Positions 29,643 to 39,463 of a stretch of 64,000 nt of DNA are shown here, one piece after another. The notes beneath the pieces were generated by a model that did no database searches, was not told the origin of the DNA, and saw only the letters and a list, made by a program, of their open reading frames with translations. This DNA comes from an uncultured virus (IMG/VR IMGVR_UViG_3300017714_000002) (Duplodnaviria > Heunggongvirae > Uroviricota > Caudoviricetes), in the IMG/VR virus record IMGVR_UViG_3300017714_000002; one strand, given 5' to 3'. How positions within the stretch are numbered: the first letter of the stretch is position 1; each line of letters opens with the position of its first letter. The position numbers and the translations under genes are program-made.

Positions 29643-30281
29643 ATGAAAAAAGTAATAGGTATATGTGGCCTTATTGGTCATGGAAAAGATACAGCCGCAG
29701 GATTCCTAATTGAAGAAGGATTTCAAAGAGTAAGTTTTGCTGGAGTATTAAAAGATGCCTGTGCTAATATATTTGGTTGGGATAGAATACTTCTAGAAGG
29801 CAACACCACTGAAAGTAGAGCATTTAGAGAACAAACAGATGAATGGTGGAGTAAACGTTTAGATATACCTAACTTTACACCACGTTATGCACTTCAGTAT
29901 GTTGGTACAGATGTATTAAGAACACATTTTCATCCAGACATATGGGTAGCGGCTTGTGAAAGACAAGTACAACAGACAGAAAAAAATGTAGTTATAAGTG
30001 ATTGTAGATTTTTTAATGAACTTGATGCAATTCAAAACATGGGTGGCCGAACTGTAGTAGTATGGAGAGAAGAAAAACCAGAATGGTGGCACAATGCTTC
30101 AGAGCTAAATCATGCTAACTACAAAAAGAAATCAAATATGGTAGATAGTATGAAATCAAATTATCCAGATGTACACAAAAGTGAATGGAGCTGGGCAGGT
30201 TGGGATTTCGATTTACAATTAGATAATAACTCAACATTAGAATCATTTAAAACACAGACAATCAGTAAAATTATAGAATAA
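29643..30281 (+). CDS. gp1: Deoxynucleoside monophosphate kinase (T4 gp1-like)
   Basis: IGICGLIGHGKDT P-loop, SFAGVLKD, TPRYALQYVGTD, VISDCRFFNE, and HKSE. Confidence 0.9.
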   Translation: MKKVIGICGLIGHGKDTAAGFLIEEGFQRVSFAGVLKDACANIFGWDRILLEGNTTESRAFREQTDEWWSKRLDIPNFTPRYALQYVGTDVLRTHFHPDIWVAACERQVQQTEKNVVISDCRFFNELDAIQNMGGRTVVVWREEKPEWWHNASELNHANYKKKSNMVDSMKSNYPDVHKSEWSWAGWDFDLQLDNNSTLESFKTQTISKIIE

Positions 30282-30305
30282 ATACTATAAAGAAGGATTT
30301 ATAGT

Positions 30306-31058
30306 ATGGACAACTTAACTAAAGTTAAAGACTTTATTAACGATTGTAAACAGTATCAACATTATCAATTTTTAAAACCAGTACCAGATTATTTTGTTGG
30401 ATGGCAAGAACATCCACGAGTAAAACGTGACTATTGTAAATGGATTATGACTGAATCAAATTGTCCTACATTATTACTTGATATAGAATTTCCACATAAA
30501 GAAGTAGCTAAAGAAGCTGAAGCATTATTAGATAGATATATTAAACATAGAGGAGATATACATCCTGGTTGGGCAAGTATTGCAGTACATGGACAAGGTT
30601 CTCAATATACTGATTCACCAGATGCTTATATAGAACAAGGAGTATTTACAAAAGAAGACAGTCCACCATTTGATTGGACCGATATAGCTGATCAATGTCC
30701 TGTAACTGTAGAGTGGTTAAAGAAATGGCCATTTGAGAAGTTACACAGATGTAGATTTATGTTGTTAGAACCAAATGGTTATATAAAACCACACGTAGAT
30801 TTTAAACAAAGAAAATTAGCCGCATTCAATATAGCAATAACAAACCCAGACGGTGTAGAGTTTGCCATGCAAGACGCAGGACTAGTTCCGTGGAAACCCG
30901 GAGATGTAAGAGGAATAGACGTAGGTAGGCATCATTCAGTCATTAACAATAGTGATAAAAATAGAATACACATGATCGTTCACGGTCATTGGGGAGAAGG
31001 GTTTGAAGATCTAATTTGTCGTAGTTTTGATCGTCTATTAAGCACAATTAAAACATAA
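30306..31058 (+). CDS. Asp/Asn beta-hydroxylase-like 2OG-Fe(II) oxygenase
   Basis: Late box at 30278. CPVTVEWL, RCRFMLLEPNGYIKPHVD (HxD), and HHSVINNSDKNRIHMIVHG. Confidence 0.85.
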   Translation: MDNLTKVKDFINDCKQYQHYQFLKPVPDYFVGWQEHPRVKRDYCKWIMTESNCPTLLLDIEFPHKEVAKEAEALLDRYIKHRGDIHPGWASIAVHGQGSQYTDSPDAYIEQGVFTKEDSPPFDWTDIADQCPVTVEWLKKWPFEKLHRCRFMLLEPNGYIKPHVDFKQRKLAAFNIAITNPDGVEFAMQDAGLVPWKPGDVRGIDVGRHHSVINNSDKNRIHMIVHGHWGEGFEDLICRSFDRLLSTIKT

Positions 31059-31161
31059 TTTAACTCTGTAACCGGGGTTTTTACACGATTTTAAATAAAT
31101 ACTACATATAAGAGATTACTAAACAATTAGAATAATCTAATATTTTAAAAAGGAGCATATC

Positions 31162-33591
31162 ATGGCAAATCTTGTTTCACCTGGCGTACAGGTAACAGTA
31201 ACAGACGAATCAGTATACGGCCCAGCAGGCGCTGGTACGGTTCCAATGTTGTTTATTGCCACTGGTCAGGACAAGGTTGATCCAACCCTTACTGAGTCAG
31301 ACGGCATAGCGAAATATACAAAGTCTGCTAATGCAAACAAGCCAATATTAGTTACATCACAGAGAGAATTAACTCAATACTTTGGTAATGTTGACTTCCG
31401 TAAGGTAAGTGGAACAGTACAACAAGGTGATGAAACTAACGAATATGGTTTATTAGCGGCATACTCATTCTTAGGTCAAGCCTCAGCGGCATACATCTCA
31501 CGTGCAGATGTTGATTTAAATGAATTAAGACCGGCTTCATCAGAGCCAACAGGAGATCCAGCAAATTTAACATACTGGATTAAACCTTCAACTTCATCAT
31601 TTGGTATTTGGAAGTATAGTACTGCAAATACTGCTTGGGAAGAACAAACTCCAACAGTTGAAATTACATCAAGTGGTGCACCTACTGCGTCAGTAGTAAC
31701 AGGTGGATATCACGTTGTATTAGAAAATGGTTCAGCTGGAACAACAATAAAATATTTTGCGGCTAGTGGCGGAGCATGGGTTGATAACTTTGGCCCAACA
31801 ATGGCACCACACTATTCAGCACCAAGTTCACCATCAGATGGTGACGTTTGGATTAAAACTACAAAACCAGGTGGTGGATTGGACTTAGACGTTCAATTAT
31901 TTACAACATCAGCAGGTAACTTTGTTAAACAAAGTGTAGTTTATGTACAAGACACAGCACCGGCAGGTACAACTTCGGATGTATTTGCAGACGGTACTTC
32001 AGCAACTGCAAGAACATTAATTGATGGAGATATCTGGATGGATATTTCTTCAACTGATGCATCATTAATCTTAAACAGATATGATAGTATTGGAAATGGT
32101 TTTGATCAGGTTGCAACAGATCCATCAGTAGCAACTGGCGGTTATGTAATGGAAGTTAAAACAACAGAACCAGTAGGTGCACCAGTAAATGGTACACTAT
32201 GGTTTGACCCAGATGTAAATGAATTAGCAGTTTACGAAGTAGTAAGCGATTCAGGAACACAAAAATGGCAAAGAGCATCAGACGTACAATACGTTACAAC
32301 TGCACCAACAACAGATGGTTCAGGCGGTTCTTTATCAGCAGGTGACTATTGGATAGATACAGATGCTTCAGGGTATCCTGTAATTTACAGACACAATGGT
32401 ACTGCTTGGGTAGCAAAAGATAAAGCAGATCAATCAACTGCGGCAGGCGTAGTATTTGGAGATATTACTGCAAATGATACGACAGCAGGCGCATTTGAAG
32501 CAACTCTATTAGCAGGTGCACCAGATCCATTAACACACCCAGTAGGAATTACTGGACTTAATATGTGTAGATCAGGTGGAACAGTTAGAGAATATAATTC
32601 AGCTCTAACTACAACTTGGAAATGGAGAAACAAAGCAGGTAATCAAGCAGATGGCAGTGGTTCATTTGGTAGAATTGCACAAAGAAAAGTAGTAGTAACA
32701 GCTATGCAGGCTTCGGCAGGTGTAAGTGAACTACAACAAGATACAATTCAATTCCGTTTACTTGCGGCACCAGGTTATCCTGAACTATATGATGAAATGG
32801 TTTCATTGAACAGTAATAGAGATGAAACTGCATTTATCATTGTTGATGCACCATTCCGTTTAAATCCAACAGAAGCAGTATCTTGGATTCAAGGAACAGG
32901 CGCAACTACAAATGGTGAAAACGGCCTAGTAACAAAGAATACTTACTCAGCAGTTTATTATCCACACGCATACACAACTAATCCTGTAACAGGTGATAAC
33001 GTTGTAGCACCAGCATCACACATTGCATTATACACTTATGCGTATAGTGACAATGTATCATTTCAATGGTTTGCACCAGCTGGTCTAACACGTGGTGTTG
33101 TACAAAATGCATCAAATGTTGGATACTTAAATAGCGAAGATGAGTTTGTGTCACTAGCAGTAACTCAAGGTCAAAGAGACTCAATGTATGATAAAAAATT
33201 AAACCCAATAGCTAAATTTCCTGCAGAAGGTGTTGTAGTATTTGGACAAAAATCATTACACGCGAGTGCCTCAGCATTAGACAGAGTTAATGTTGCTAGA
33301 TTAACAGCTTACCTAAGAGAACGTTTTGCAGTTATTTCAAGACCGTTCTTGTTTGAGCCAAATGATACTAGTACTAGAGCAAATGCTAAACAAGTATTTG
33401 ACGGTTTCCTAGCTAATATTTTACAACAACGTGGAATATATGACTTTGCAGTAGTTTGTGATACAACAAACAATACGCCGGCTAGAATAGACGCCAATGA
33501 ATTTTACATTGATGTTGCTATTGAGCCAACTAAAGCGGCAGAGTTTATTTACATTCCAATTAGAATTGTAAACACTGGCGAATTAAGCTAA
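31162..33591 (+). CDS. gp18: Tail sheath protein
   Basis: Late box at 31095. LVSPGVQVTVTDES, WFAPAGLTRG, FGQKSL....SALDRVNVARL, FLFEPND..TR, VVCDTTNNTP..ID, and P.KAAEFIYI. Confidence 0.95.
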   Translation: MANLVSPGVQVTVTDESVYGPAGAGTVPMLFIATGQDKVDPTLTESDGIAKYTKSANANKPILVTSQRELTQYFGNVDFRKVSGTVQQGDETNEYGLLAAYSFLGQASAAYISRADVDLNELRPASSEPTGDPANLTYWIKPSTSSFGIWKYSTANTAWEEQTPTVEITSSGAPTASVVTGGYHVVLENGSAGTTIKYFAASGGAWVDNFGPTMAPHYSAPSSPSDGDVWIKTTKPGGGLDLDVQLFTTSAGNFVKQSVVYVQDTAPAGTTSDVFADGTSATARTLIDGDIWMDISSTDASLILNRYDSIGNGFDQVATDPSVATGGYVMEVKTTEPVGAPVNGTLWFDPDVNELAVYEVVSDSGTQKWQRASDVQYVTTAPTTDGSGGSLSAGDYWIDTDASGYPVIYRHNGTAWVAKDKADQSTAAGVVFGDITANDTTAGAFEATLLAGAPDPLTHPVGITGLNMCRSGGTVREYNSALTTTWKWRNKAGNQADGSGSFGRIAQRKVVVTAMQASAGVSELQQDTIQFRLLAAPGYPELYDEMVSLNSNRDETAFIIVDAPFRLNPTEAVSWIQGTGATTNGENGLVTKNTYSAVYYPHAYTTNPVTGDNVVAPASHIALYTYAYSDNVSFQWFAPAGLTRGVVQNASNVGYLNSEDEFVSLAVTQGQRDSMYDKKLNPIAKFPAEGVVVFGQKSLHASASALDRVNVARLTAYLRERFAVISRPFLFEPNDTSTRANAKQVFDGFLANILQQRGIYDFAVVCDTTNNTPARIDANEFYIDVAIEPTKAAEFIYIPIRIVNTGELS

Positions 33592-33614
33592 TAAGACACT
33601 TACAATAATAAATT

Positions 33615-33652
33615 AAAGGGCTACTATTTTTTAATAGTAGCCTTTTTCTTTT
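33615..33652 (+). terminator. Intrinsic terminator after sheath gene
   Basis: AAAGGGCTACTATT-TTTT-AATAGTAGCCTTT followed by a T-rich tail. Confidence 0.8.
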
Positions 33653-33663
33653 AGTACTTTCTG

Positions 33664-33720
33664 ATAAATACTAATGCAAATTGCAATGCATTGTAGTTCA
33701 GATGGACTACAGTTTTTTTT
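33664..33720 (+). promoter_or_regulatory. Late promoter followed by terminator-like leader hairpin (possible attenuator)
   Basis: ATAAATA at 33664; TTGTAGTTC-AGAT-GGACTACAG followed by T8 (33691-33720), upstream of the 33743 start. Confidence 0.5.
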
Positions 33721-33742
33721 AAAAATTAAAAAGGACAATACC

Positions 33743-34411
33743 ATGGTAAAAATAGAACAAAACAAAATCATCGCTACTCCAGTTTCTGAAGGATTAACTT
33801 TTAATCCAGCGAAGACAACTGATATGGCGTTTGATACAAACTTCCTTTTTGGTTCAGCAGGTGACATCATTGAATTAGATGCGTGGGTACCTAACAACGC
33901 AGTCGAGCAAATTGATGCTATGAATGCTGACCCAGCAAAAATTCTACGTTCTCGTGTAAGTGGCGATTATAATGGTCCTAAAGAAGGTCATGAATATAGT
34001 GTAATTCCAGAAAATTGGGATTTACCAGCACACACAGAATCACTAGGTTGTTTAATTTACAACAAAGGTGATTATCTTGCACCACATAGAGATAAGTGGA
34101 GACAAGTAACTCCAGACGGAATAACAGGCGATTCATTTAGAATGATTTGCCATTTAAATCATACTAATTCTGCAGAATTTCATTTTGTAGTTGACGGTAA
34201 AATTTTCAAACCAGAAGCACGTAGATGGTATGCAATTAACACAAGAAAAGTTCATTATGGATTTTCTTTTGTTGATGGTGTATATCACTTATCGTGTGCA
34301 TTAAGTCTCGATGACAATTTACGTGCAAACACAGTAGAATGGTTATTAGACAAATTACCATATGCTCACCCAGCAACAGACCGTAAGGGTGTTGACTGTG
34401 CAAGAAACTAA
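33743..34411 (+). CDS. 2OG-Fe(II) oxygenase-like protein
   Basis: The ATG at 33743 has SD AAGGA. YNKGDYLAPHRD (HxD), FRMICHLN and INTRKVHYG. Confidence 0.7.
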   Translation: MVKIEQNKIIATPVSEGLTFNPAKTTDMAFDTNFLFGSAGDIIELDAWVPNNAVEQIDAMNADPAKILRSRVSGDYNGPKEGHEYSVIPENWDLPAHTESLGCLIYNKGDYLAPHRDKWRQVTPDGITGDSFRMICHLNHTNSAEFHFVVDGKIFKPEARRWYAINTRKVHYGFSFVDGVYHLSCALSLDDNLRANTVEWLLDKLPYAHPATDRKGVDCARN

Positions 34412-34422
34412 GGAGAACTAAA

Positions 34423-34737
34423 ATGGCCGATGAATTTAGATTTAGAATCAGAAAAGCCCCAGGTAATCCTCACGCATCAGTTGACGCTTTTAAAGCATCT
34501 CCTGCATTTACTACAATCACAAATGCAGTAGCAGGAAAACCTGAATCAGTAGGTACTGTATATGTTTCATATAAATTATATGAAGGATCAGTATGGGTAA
34601 GATATGATTTTGACGACGAAGATGCAAGACTAGCATTTAGACAATACATACTAGACGCTGGCATTGATCTTGGCGATACTCCGGGTAGATTAGGAATGGA
34701 TCACGAGTCCTTCCCTACATACGGATTTTTAGCATAA
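34423..34737 (+). CDS. Hypothetical protein
   Basis: SD AAGGAG; 104-aa ORF with high-expression-like codon usage. Confidence 0.65.
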   Translation: MADEFRFRIRKAPGNPHASVDAFKASPAFTTITNAVAGKPESVGTVYVSYKLYEGSVWVRYDFDDEDARLAFRQYILDAGIDLGDTPGRLGMDHESFPTYGFLA

Positions 34738-34750
34738 TATTATTACACAA

Positions 34751-34822
34751 TTTGGCAGGTTACAACTAGTAGCCTGTCAAATTACCTAAAAATAGGCTTC
34801 TTTTACTGAAGCCTATCTTTTT
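34751..34822 (+). terminator. Two consecutive hairpins/terminator
   Basis: TTTGGCAGGTTAC-N5-GTAGCCTGTCAAA, then ATAGGCTTC-N7-GAAGCCTAT-CTTTTT. Confidence 0.7.
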
Positions 34823-34887
34823 GAACACTGATTTGATAAATACAATATAAGATAAACAATACTACAGTAGTATATAGGAGAAATAAA

Positions 34888-35496
34888 ATGGCTGTAATTA
34901 CAAATTTTGGAGTACCAACAGACTCTTCAGCAGGAACAACTTTAATGCCTAAATTAAGTTATAGGTTCAGAGTTACCTTTGAAGATCTTGGTGGTGCAAC
35001 ATCAACAGATGAAGTAACTCAGAACGTTATTAGTGCAGGCAGACCGTCAATGACACATGAAGAAGTCGTAGTAGATTCTTACAACTCAAAAATGTATCTT
35101 GCAGGTAAACACGCCTGGGAACCAATTTCAATCGTATTCAGAGATGACATGAAATCAAATGTTATTAAGAAAATTGGTAACCAATTAAATAGACAAGTTG
35201 ACCATGCAGATCAACACAGTTCAATTTCAGGTAATGCATATAAATTTGGTGTAACATTAGAAACACTAGATGGTGCAAATGGTAGTACATCACCAACTGT
35301 ATTTGATAAGTGGGAATTGCAAGGTTGTTATATTGCTAACGTTCAGTACGGTGATCTAAACTATGCAGATTCAACAATGATCCAAGTAACTATCCAATTA
35401 AGATATGATAGTGCGGTTCATTCAATCGATGGTAACGACGCATTAAGTGAAAAATCTGCATCTAGCGACTCAGCACAATCTGGCGCTACTAGATAA
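34888..35496 (+). CDS. gp19: Tail tube protein
   Basis: Late box at 34836. PKLSYRFRV.F, YLAGKHAWEPISI.FRDD, WELQGC, DLNY, and IQLRYD. Confidence 0.85.
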   Translation: MAVITNFGVPTDSSAGTTLMPKLSYRFRVTFEDLGGATSTDEVTQNVISAGRPSMTHEEVVVDSYNSKMYLAGKHAWEPISIVFRDDMKSNVIKKIGNQLNRQVDHADQHSSISGNAYKFGVTLETLDGANGSTSPTVFDKWELQGCYIANVQYGDLNYADSTMIQVTIQLRYDSAVHSIDGNDALSEKSASSDSAQSGATR

Positions 35497-35512
35497 CAGA
35501 TAGGAACCACTG

Positions 35513-36394
35513 ATGGCAATCGGCGACTCAGCATATAAAGTCTATAGTCAAGATCAGCGAAGAGGTGAAATCGACGCAGTACCAAGAAATAAATATTCTT
35601 TTACTGTTTCATTAAATTATATAGACAGCCCAACTCCGTTGAGTCTTGTTAGAATTGCAAACGTGCAGATACCAACCTATGTTTATAGGTCGCAAACACT
35701 GAATGCATATAACGCAAAGAAAACTGTTCTTACTGGTATTGATTATACTCCTATAACTCTTACCGCATATGATACTAAAGACGCAGTTTTAGAAAAGTTT
35801 TTAAAAGACTATACAGCTCATTATGTTGATGGTCCTTTAAACAACGACGATTATAGTGCATTCTTAACTAATCCAAAAGGAATTAAAACTCCTGAATCTA
35901 GAAACTTTATAAGAAGCATAATTATTACTAGAAAAGATGCAAAAAATCTAGAAAACGTTATTGAAATATATAATCCATACATTACAAATATTGATGCTGA
36001 TACATTAGATTATTCAGATAGTTCTCCAGCAATTTATAGACTTACATTTACATATGAAGGTTTTAAAATTTTAAGTGAAGGTCAAGCTACAACAGAAGCT
36101 GAAATATTACAAGCAGAAGAATTTGCAAATGCGGCTACTGCTGATGATGGATTTGTAGAAGTTGATGACTTTGCAGAGTATGAAGTTGATAAAAATGATG
36201 CTGAAAATATTGAAGACTTAAAAACAACAGGTAAAGTAACTAGTAATCAGAAACAGTTAAAAGAGTTACCGGATGTTAATGAAACTTCTAATCCAGACAA
36301 CCTAAAGAGATTTAAAGGTAAACTCAAGACAGGTGAAGCAATTAGAAACATTAATGGAGTATCATATATAGTACCTGCACCAATTAAAAGATAA
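35513..36394 (+). CDS. Tail-tube-like baseplate/tube initiator (gp48/gp54-type)
   Basis: Follows gp19 and shows a tube-fold-like pattern (VQIP.Y...TLNAYN.K......IDY.PITLT.YD; NPYIT.ID.DTLDYS....LTFTYE). Confidence 0.6.
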   Translation: MAIGDSAYKVYSQDQRRGEIDAVPRNKYSFTVSLNYIDSPTPLSLVRIANVQIPTYVYRSQTLNAYNAKKTVLTGIDYTPITLTAYDTKDAVLEKFLKDYTAHYVDGPLNNDDYSAFLTNPKGIKTPESRNFIRSIIITRKDAKNLENVIEIYNPYITNIDADTLDYSDSSPAIYRLTFTYEGFKILSEGQATTEAEILQAEEFANAATADDGFVEVDDFAEYEVDKNDAENIEDLKTTGKVTSNQKQLKELPDVNETSNPDNLKRFKGKLKTGEAIRNINGVSYIVPAPIKR

Positions 36395-36407
36395 TAAGGT
36401 TAGGTAA

Positions 36408-36854
36408 ATGAAAAAATTTCAACAAGGACAATACACACCTAGTAACCCAGCTAAATACTTAGGTAAAAGAGTTCCAAAGTACAGAAGTGGATGGGAACTT
36501 GCAGTTATGCGAATGTGTGATAATCATCCTTCTATATTAGGTTGGGGTAGTGAAACACACAGAATTCCATATAAGAATCCACTTACTGGTAAACAGAGTA
36601 CATATGTGCCAGACTTGCTAATTGTCTATAAAGATAAAAAAGGTACAAACCACGCAGAGTTTGTAGAGATAAAACCAGCAAGTCAAACATTAGGTGAAGC
36701 AAAAACACAGGCACAAAAAGCGGCGGCAGTAGTTAATCACGAAAAGTGGAAAGCGGCTAATGCATACTGCAAAGCTAAAGGCATGGGTTTTAGAGTAATA
36801 ACTGAAAAACAAATCTTTAATAAACCGCAGAATTCTAAAAGGAAACGAAAATGA
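36408..36854 (+). CDS. gp4: Head completion nuclease (T4 gp4/TnsA-like PD-(D/E)XK)
   Basis: NPAKYLG, YRSGWE, WGSE..RIPY, YVPDL, VEIKP, KWKAA..YC...G..FRVITE. Confidence 0.85.
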   Translation: MKKFQQGQYTPSNPAKYLGKRVPKYRSGWELAVMRMCDNHPSILGWGSETHRIPYKNPLTGKQSTYVPDLLIVYKDKKGTNHAEFVEIKPASQTLGEAKTQAQKAAAVVNHEKWKAANAYCKAKGMGFRVITEKQIFNKPQNSKRKRK

Positions 36855-37393
36855 CAAAAAAATTAGAGGAAGAATTAAACTTACCAAGTTTGGAAGAATT
36901 ACTTCCTGACGATGAACCTGAAAAAGCACCAACTGCTGACGAAATTAAACAAGAAATTGAAAAGTATAAAGGCGACCTAAGTATGGTTGAAAGAGCAGAT
37001 GCGGCACTACCAACAGTAGAAGGTTTAGAACAACTAGATAGAGAAATGGATGAATATGCAGGTAAAGCAATGGATACATTTGAAGATTTAGTTGATCTTG
37101 GTAAAAATGTTGAAGACAGACACGCGGCTCCTATATTTGATAGTGCAAGTAAAATGTTAACTGCGGCACTACAGGCTAAAGAAGCTAAAATGACTAAAAA
37201 GATGAAAATGATAGAATTACAAATGCGTCAAGCTAGACTTATTAAAGATAGCGAAAAAATAGATGCATATGTGCAGGCTAGACGCAGAGAAGCAGGATTA
37301 GATGAAGAAGAAATAGCCGAAGGACGTATTATTGGCGATAGAACTGCAATGTTAGCAGAAATTATGAAAAATCTTCCTGAAAATGATAAATAG
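36851..37393 (+). CDS. Probable terminase small subunit
   Basis: Helical protein upstream of the large terminase, with a C-terminal G...GDR..ML pattern. The call is positional and motif-level only. Confidence 0.45.
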   Translation: MTKKLEEELNLPSLEELLPDDEPEKAPTADEIKQEIEKYKGDLSMVERADAALPTVEGLEQLDREMDEYAGKAMDTFEDLVDLGKNVEDRHAAPIFDSASKMLTAALQAKEAKMTKKMKMIELQMRQARLIKDSEKIDAYVQARRREAGLDEEEIAEGRIIGDRTAMLAEIMKNLPENDK

Positions 37394-37413
37394 TATTATA
37401 GGAGAAATACGTA

Positions 37414-37911
37414 ATGAAGACGTTTAAAGAATATTTAACAGAATCTAAAAAATCATGGAAGTTTAAAATTAAAACTGTACATGAACTTACCGACGAACAA
37501 TGTGATCGTATTGAGAAGCACCTTACAAAGTATGACTCAACAGGACTTGGTGCTGTGAAGAAAACAATACTACAAAGTGCACCACGTGATTTCCCTAATC
37601 ATAAAGGATATGAAGTATTTACATATGAATTTGAAACTGATAGAGTAGCAAGTGGATGGCAAATACAAAATGATATCCGTAATATGATGGGAGTATCGCA
37701 TACAGGCTTTAAAGTAAAAGGCGAACACGAACCGGATGAAGAAATTCCAGCAGGTAAGCAAGAAGAATATAAAGTTAAGTTAGCAGATGAAAAATATTCA
37801 GAACAAGAAAAAGTCGACCATAAAGATCATTATGGTGAAGATCATAAATCGAAATTTATTGAAGAACTTTTAAAGTTACGTAAGAAAGACCAAAAGGAGA
37901 ATGGACAATGA
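37414..37911 (+). CDS. Late hypothetical (probable head-internal) protein
   Basis: Late box at 37386; N-terminal MKTFKEYLTE typical of T4-like prohead-processed proteins. Confidence 0.55.
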   Translation: MKTFKEYLTESKKSWKFKIKTVHELTDEQCDRIEKHLTKYDSTGLGAVKKTILQSAPRDFPNHKGYEVFTYEFETDRVASGWQIQNDIRNMMGVSHTGFKVKGEHEPDEEIPAGKQEEYKVKLADEKYSEQEKVDHKDHYGEDHKSKFIEELLKLRKKDQKENGQ

Positions 37912-39383
37912 GTGATTTAGATAGATTACTAAAGCTGTCTGGAATGAACGCTCAGAACCAGACTCAAGAAACAGATAATAGAGAATTCAAAGAAGCCGTA
38001 GGTGAGTTTGCAAAACCAATTTATGATTTAATTGATGAATTAGGTGCAGATGCTAATAACCCAGTATTAGATGAATTAATCAGATATATGAGCGGCGATC
38101 AAATTAAAGATTTTGTAGCAGATTTTAGACGTCATCATGAAATGAATGATACAGAAGAGTCAGTTGAACCAACTGAACCATCAACAGAAGAAGGTAATAA
38201 ATTTTCAGGCGAATTAGCACAAGCAAAAAAAGATGGCGAAGATGAGTTTGAAGTAGATGGTGAAAAATATAAAGTTAAAAAAGAAGAATTTATTGATGAT
38301 TTAGAAGAAGATGATTTAGAAGAAATTACTGATAAACAAAAAACATTACCACCAGCATTACAAAAAGCTATTAAAGACAAAGAAGAAAAAGAAGCTAAAA
38401 AAGATGAATCAGTAGAAGAAATTGAAGAAGCAACTGGTAAATGCGAAGACTGTGGTTGTATTATAGACAACCCTAAACCAGGTTGCGATTGCCCAAATGA
38501 TGCACATGACGCAAGTCAAGACAACTGGGTTAAAGAAGCAAACAGATTAAGAGAGCTTTCAGGAATGTCTTCAATTGAAGAAGAAACTCCAGTAGAAGAA
38601 GTTCCAGTAGAAGAAGTTCCAGCAGAAGAAACTCCAGCAGAAGAAGCACCAGTACAAGAAGCAAATAAATCTATTCCAGTTAATAAATTAATTCCATTAG
38701 CAGGAGATAGTATCTGGGATAAAGAAGGTGAAAACCCAAAACAAGTTAAAGTAGATTCAATTACTATTATGAATCCATATGAAGATGGCGGATATATGAA
38801 CGACGAAGAAGACGATAGTTATAGATCAGTAACCGTTGAACATGATGGACCTTGGGACATCTACACAGACTCAGGTTTTGAAAAAGCAATTTCTGAACTA
38901 GTTGGTTTTGAAGTAGGCTTTACAGAACAAGGTATGCAAGAAGACGGTTTAGCTAGTATGGAAGGTATGATGAATGATAGTATCAAATCAGAAGCTTTCG
39001 CAAACTACAAACCAAACAGATTTAAAGATATGCCAAAAGGCATGAATGAAGAAGATAAAGTAGAAAAAGAAGAAGAAACAATTGAAGAGGCTCCAACCAT
39101 GGATACAACACAACTAATTACACTTCTTAAAAATTCAGGTTTAACTGAAGCTGAGATCAAACAAAGAGTTGACGAGTGGGCAAACACACCAGAAGTAGGT
39201 GCATCAGAAGACAAAGAAACTAGTCATGGTGAACCATATGAGAATTTTGCACAATCAGTTAATTTAAGTTTGAAAAAATACTTAGATGCAGAAGATTTCA
39301 AAGTAGGCTTAAAAGAACATAAAGTTGAAGATATCAAAGAAGCATATAAGAAGTCAAAAAAAGATAAAAAAGACAAGAAATAA
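37908..39383 (+). CDS. Highly acidic protein, probable prohead core/scaffold-like
   Basis: E/D-rich; two RL(L/R)(K/E)LSGM motifs; EGNKFSGELAQAKKDGEDEFEVDGEKYKV. Confidence 0.5.
   Translation: MSDLDRLLKLSGMNAQNQTQETDNREFKEAVGEFAKPIYDLIDELGADANNPVLDELIRYMSGDQIKDFVADFRRHHEMNDTEESVEPTEPSTEEGNKFSGELAQAKKDGEDEFEVDGEKYKVKKEEFIDDLEEDDLEEITDKQKTLPPALQKAIKDKEEKEAKKDESVEEIEEATGKCEDCGCIIDNPKPGCDCPNDAHDASQDNWVKEANRLRELSGMSSIEEETPVEEVPVEEVPAEETPAEEAPVQEANKSIPVNKLIPLAGDSIWDKEGENPKQVKVDSITIMNPYEDGGYMNDEEDDSYRSVTVEHDGPWDIYTDSGFEKAISELVGFEVGFTEQGMQEDGLASMEGMMNDSIKSEAFANYKPNRFKDMPKGMNEEDKVEKEEETIEEAPTMDTTQLITLLKNSGLTEAEIKQRVDEWANTPEVGASEDKETSHGEPYENFAQSVNLSLKKYLDAEDFKVGLKEHKVEDIKEAYKKSKKDKKDKK
38580..38654 (+). 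repeat. Five 15-nt tandem units encoding EE(T/V/A)P(V/A)
   Basis: GAAGAAACTCCAGTA GAAGAAGTTCCAGTA GAAGAAGTTCCAGCA GAAGAAACTCCAGCA GAAGAAGCACCAGTA. Confidence 0.85.
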
Positions 39384-39402
39384 CATTTTCCCTCCCGAAA
39401 AA

Positions 39403-39431
39403 TAACCGTGCGGTGTATTAACTGCACGGTT
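39403..39431 (+). terminator. Hairpin before terminase late promoter
   Basis: TAACCGTGCGGT-N5-ACTGCACGGTTA; TATAAATA follows at 39438. Confidence 0.55.
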
Positions 39432-39463
39432 AATTCATATAAATACAATGCAGGAGGATTAAC

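Noticed and set aside
33674..33742. ORF-track starts at 146, 4160, 15049, 16129, 20983, 24435, 33674, 50157, 54717 and 62579
   Set aside because: Better-supported starts (SD, gene overlap or promoter geometry) are at <2, 4178, 15088, 16156, 20959, 24510, 33743, 50175, 54723 and 62585. The 33674 ATG is retained only as a possible regulatory start.
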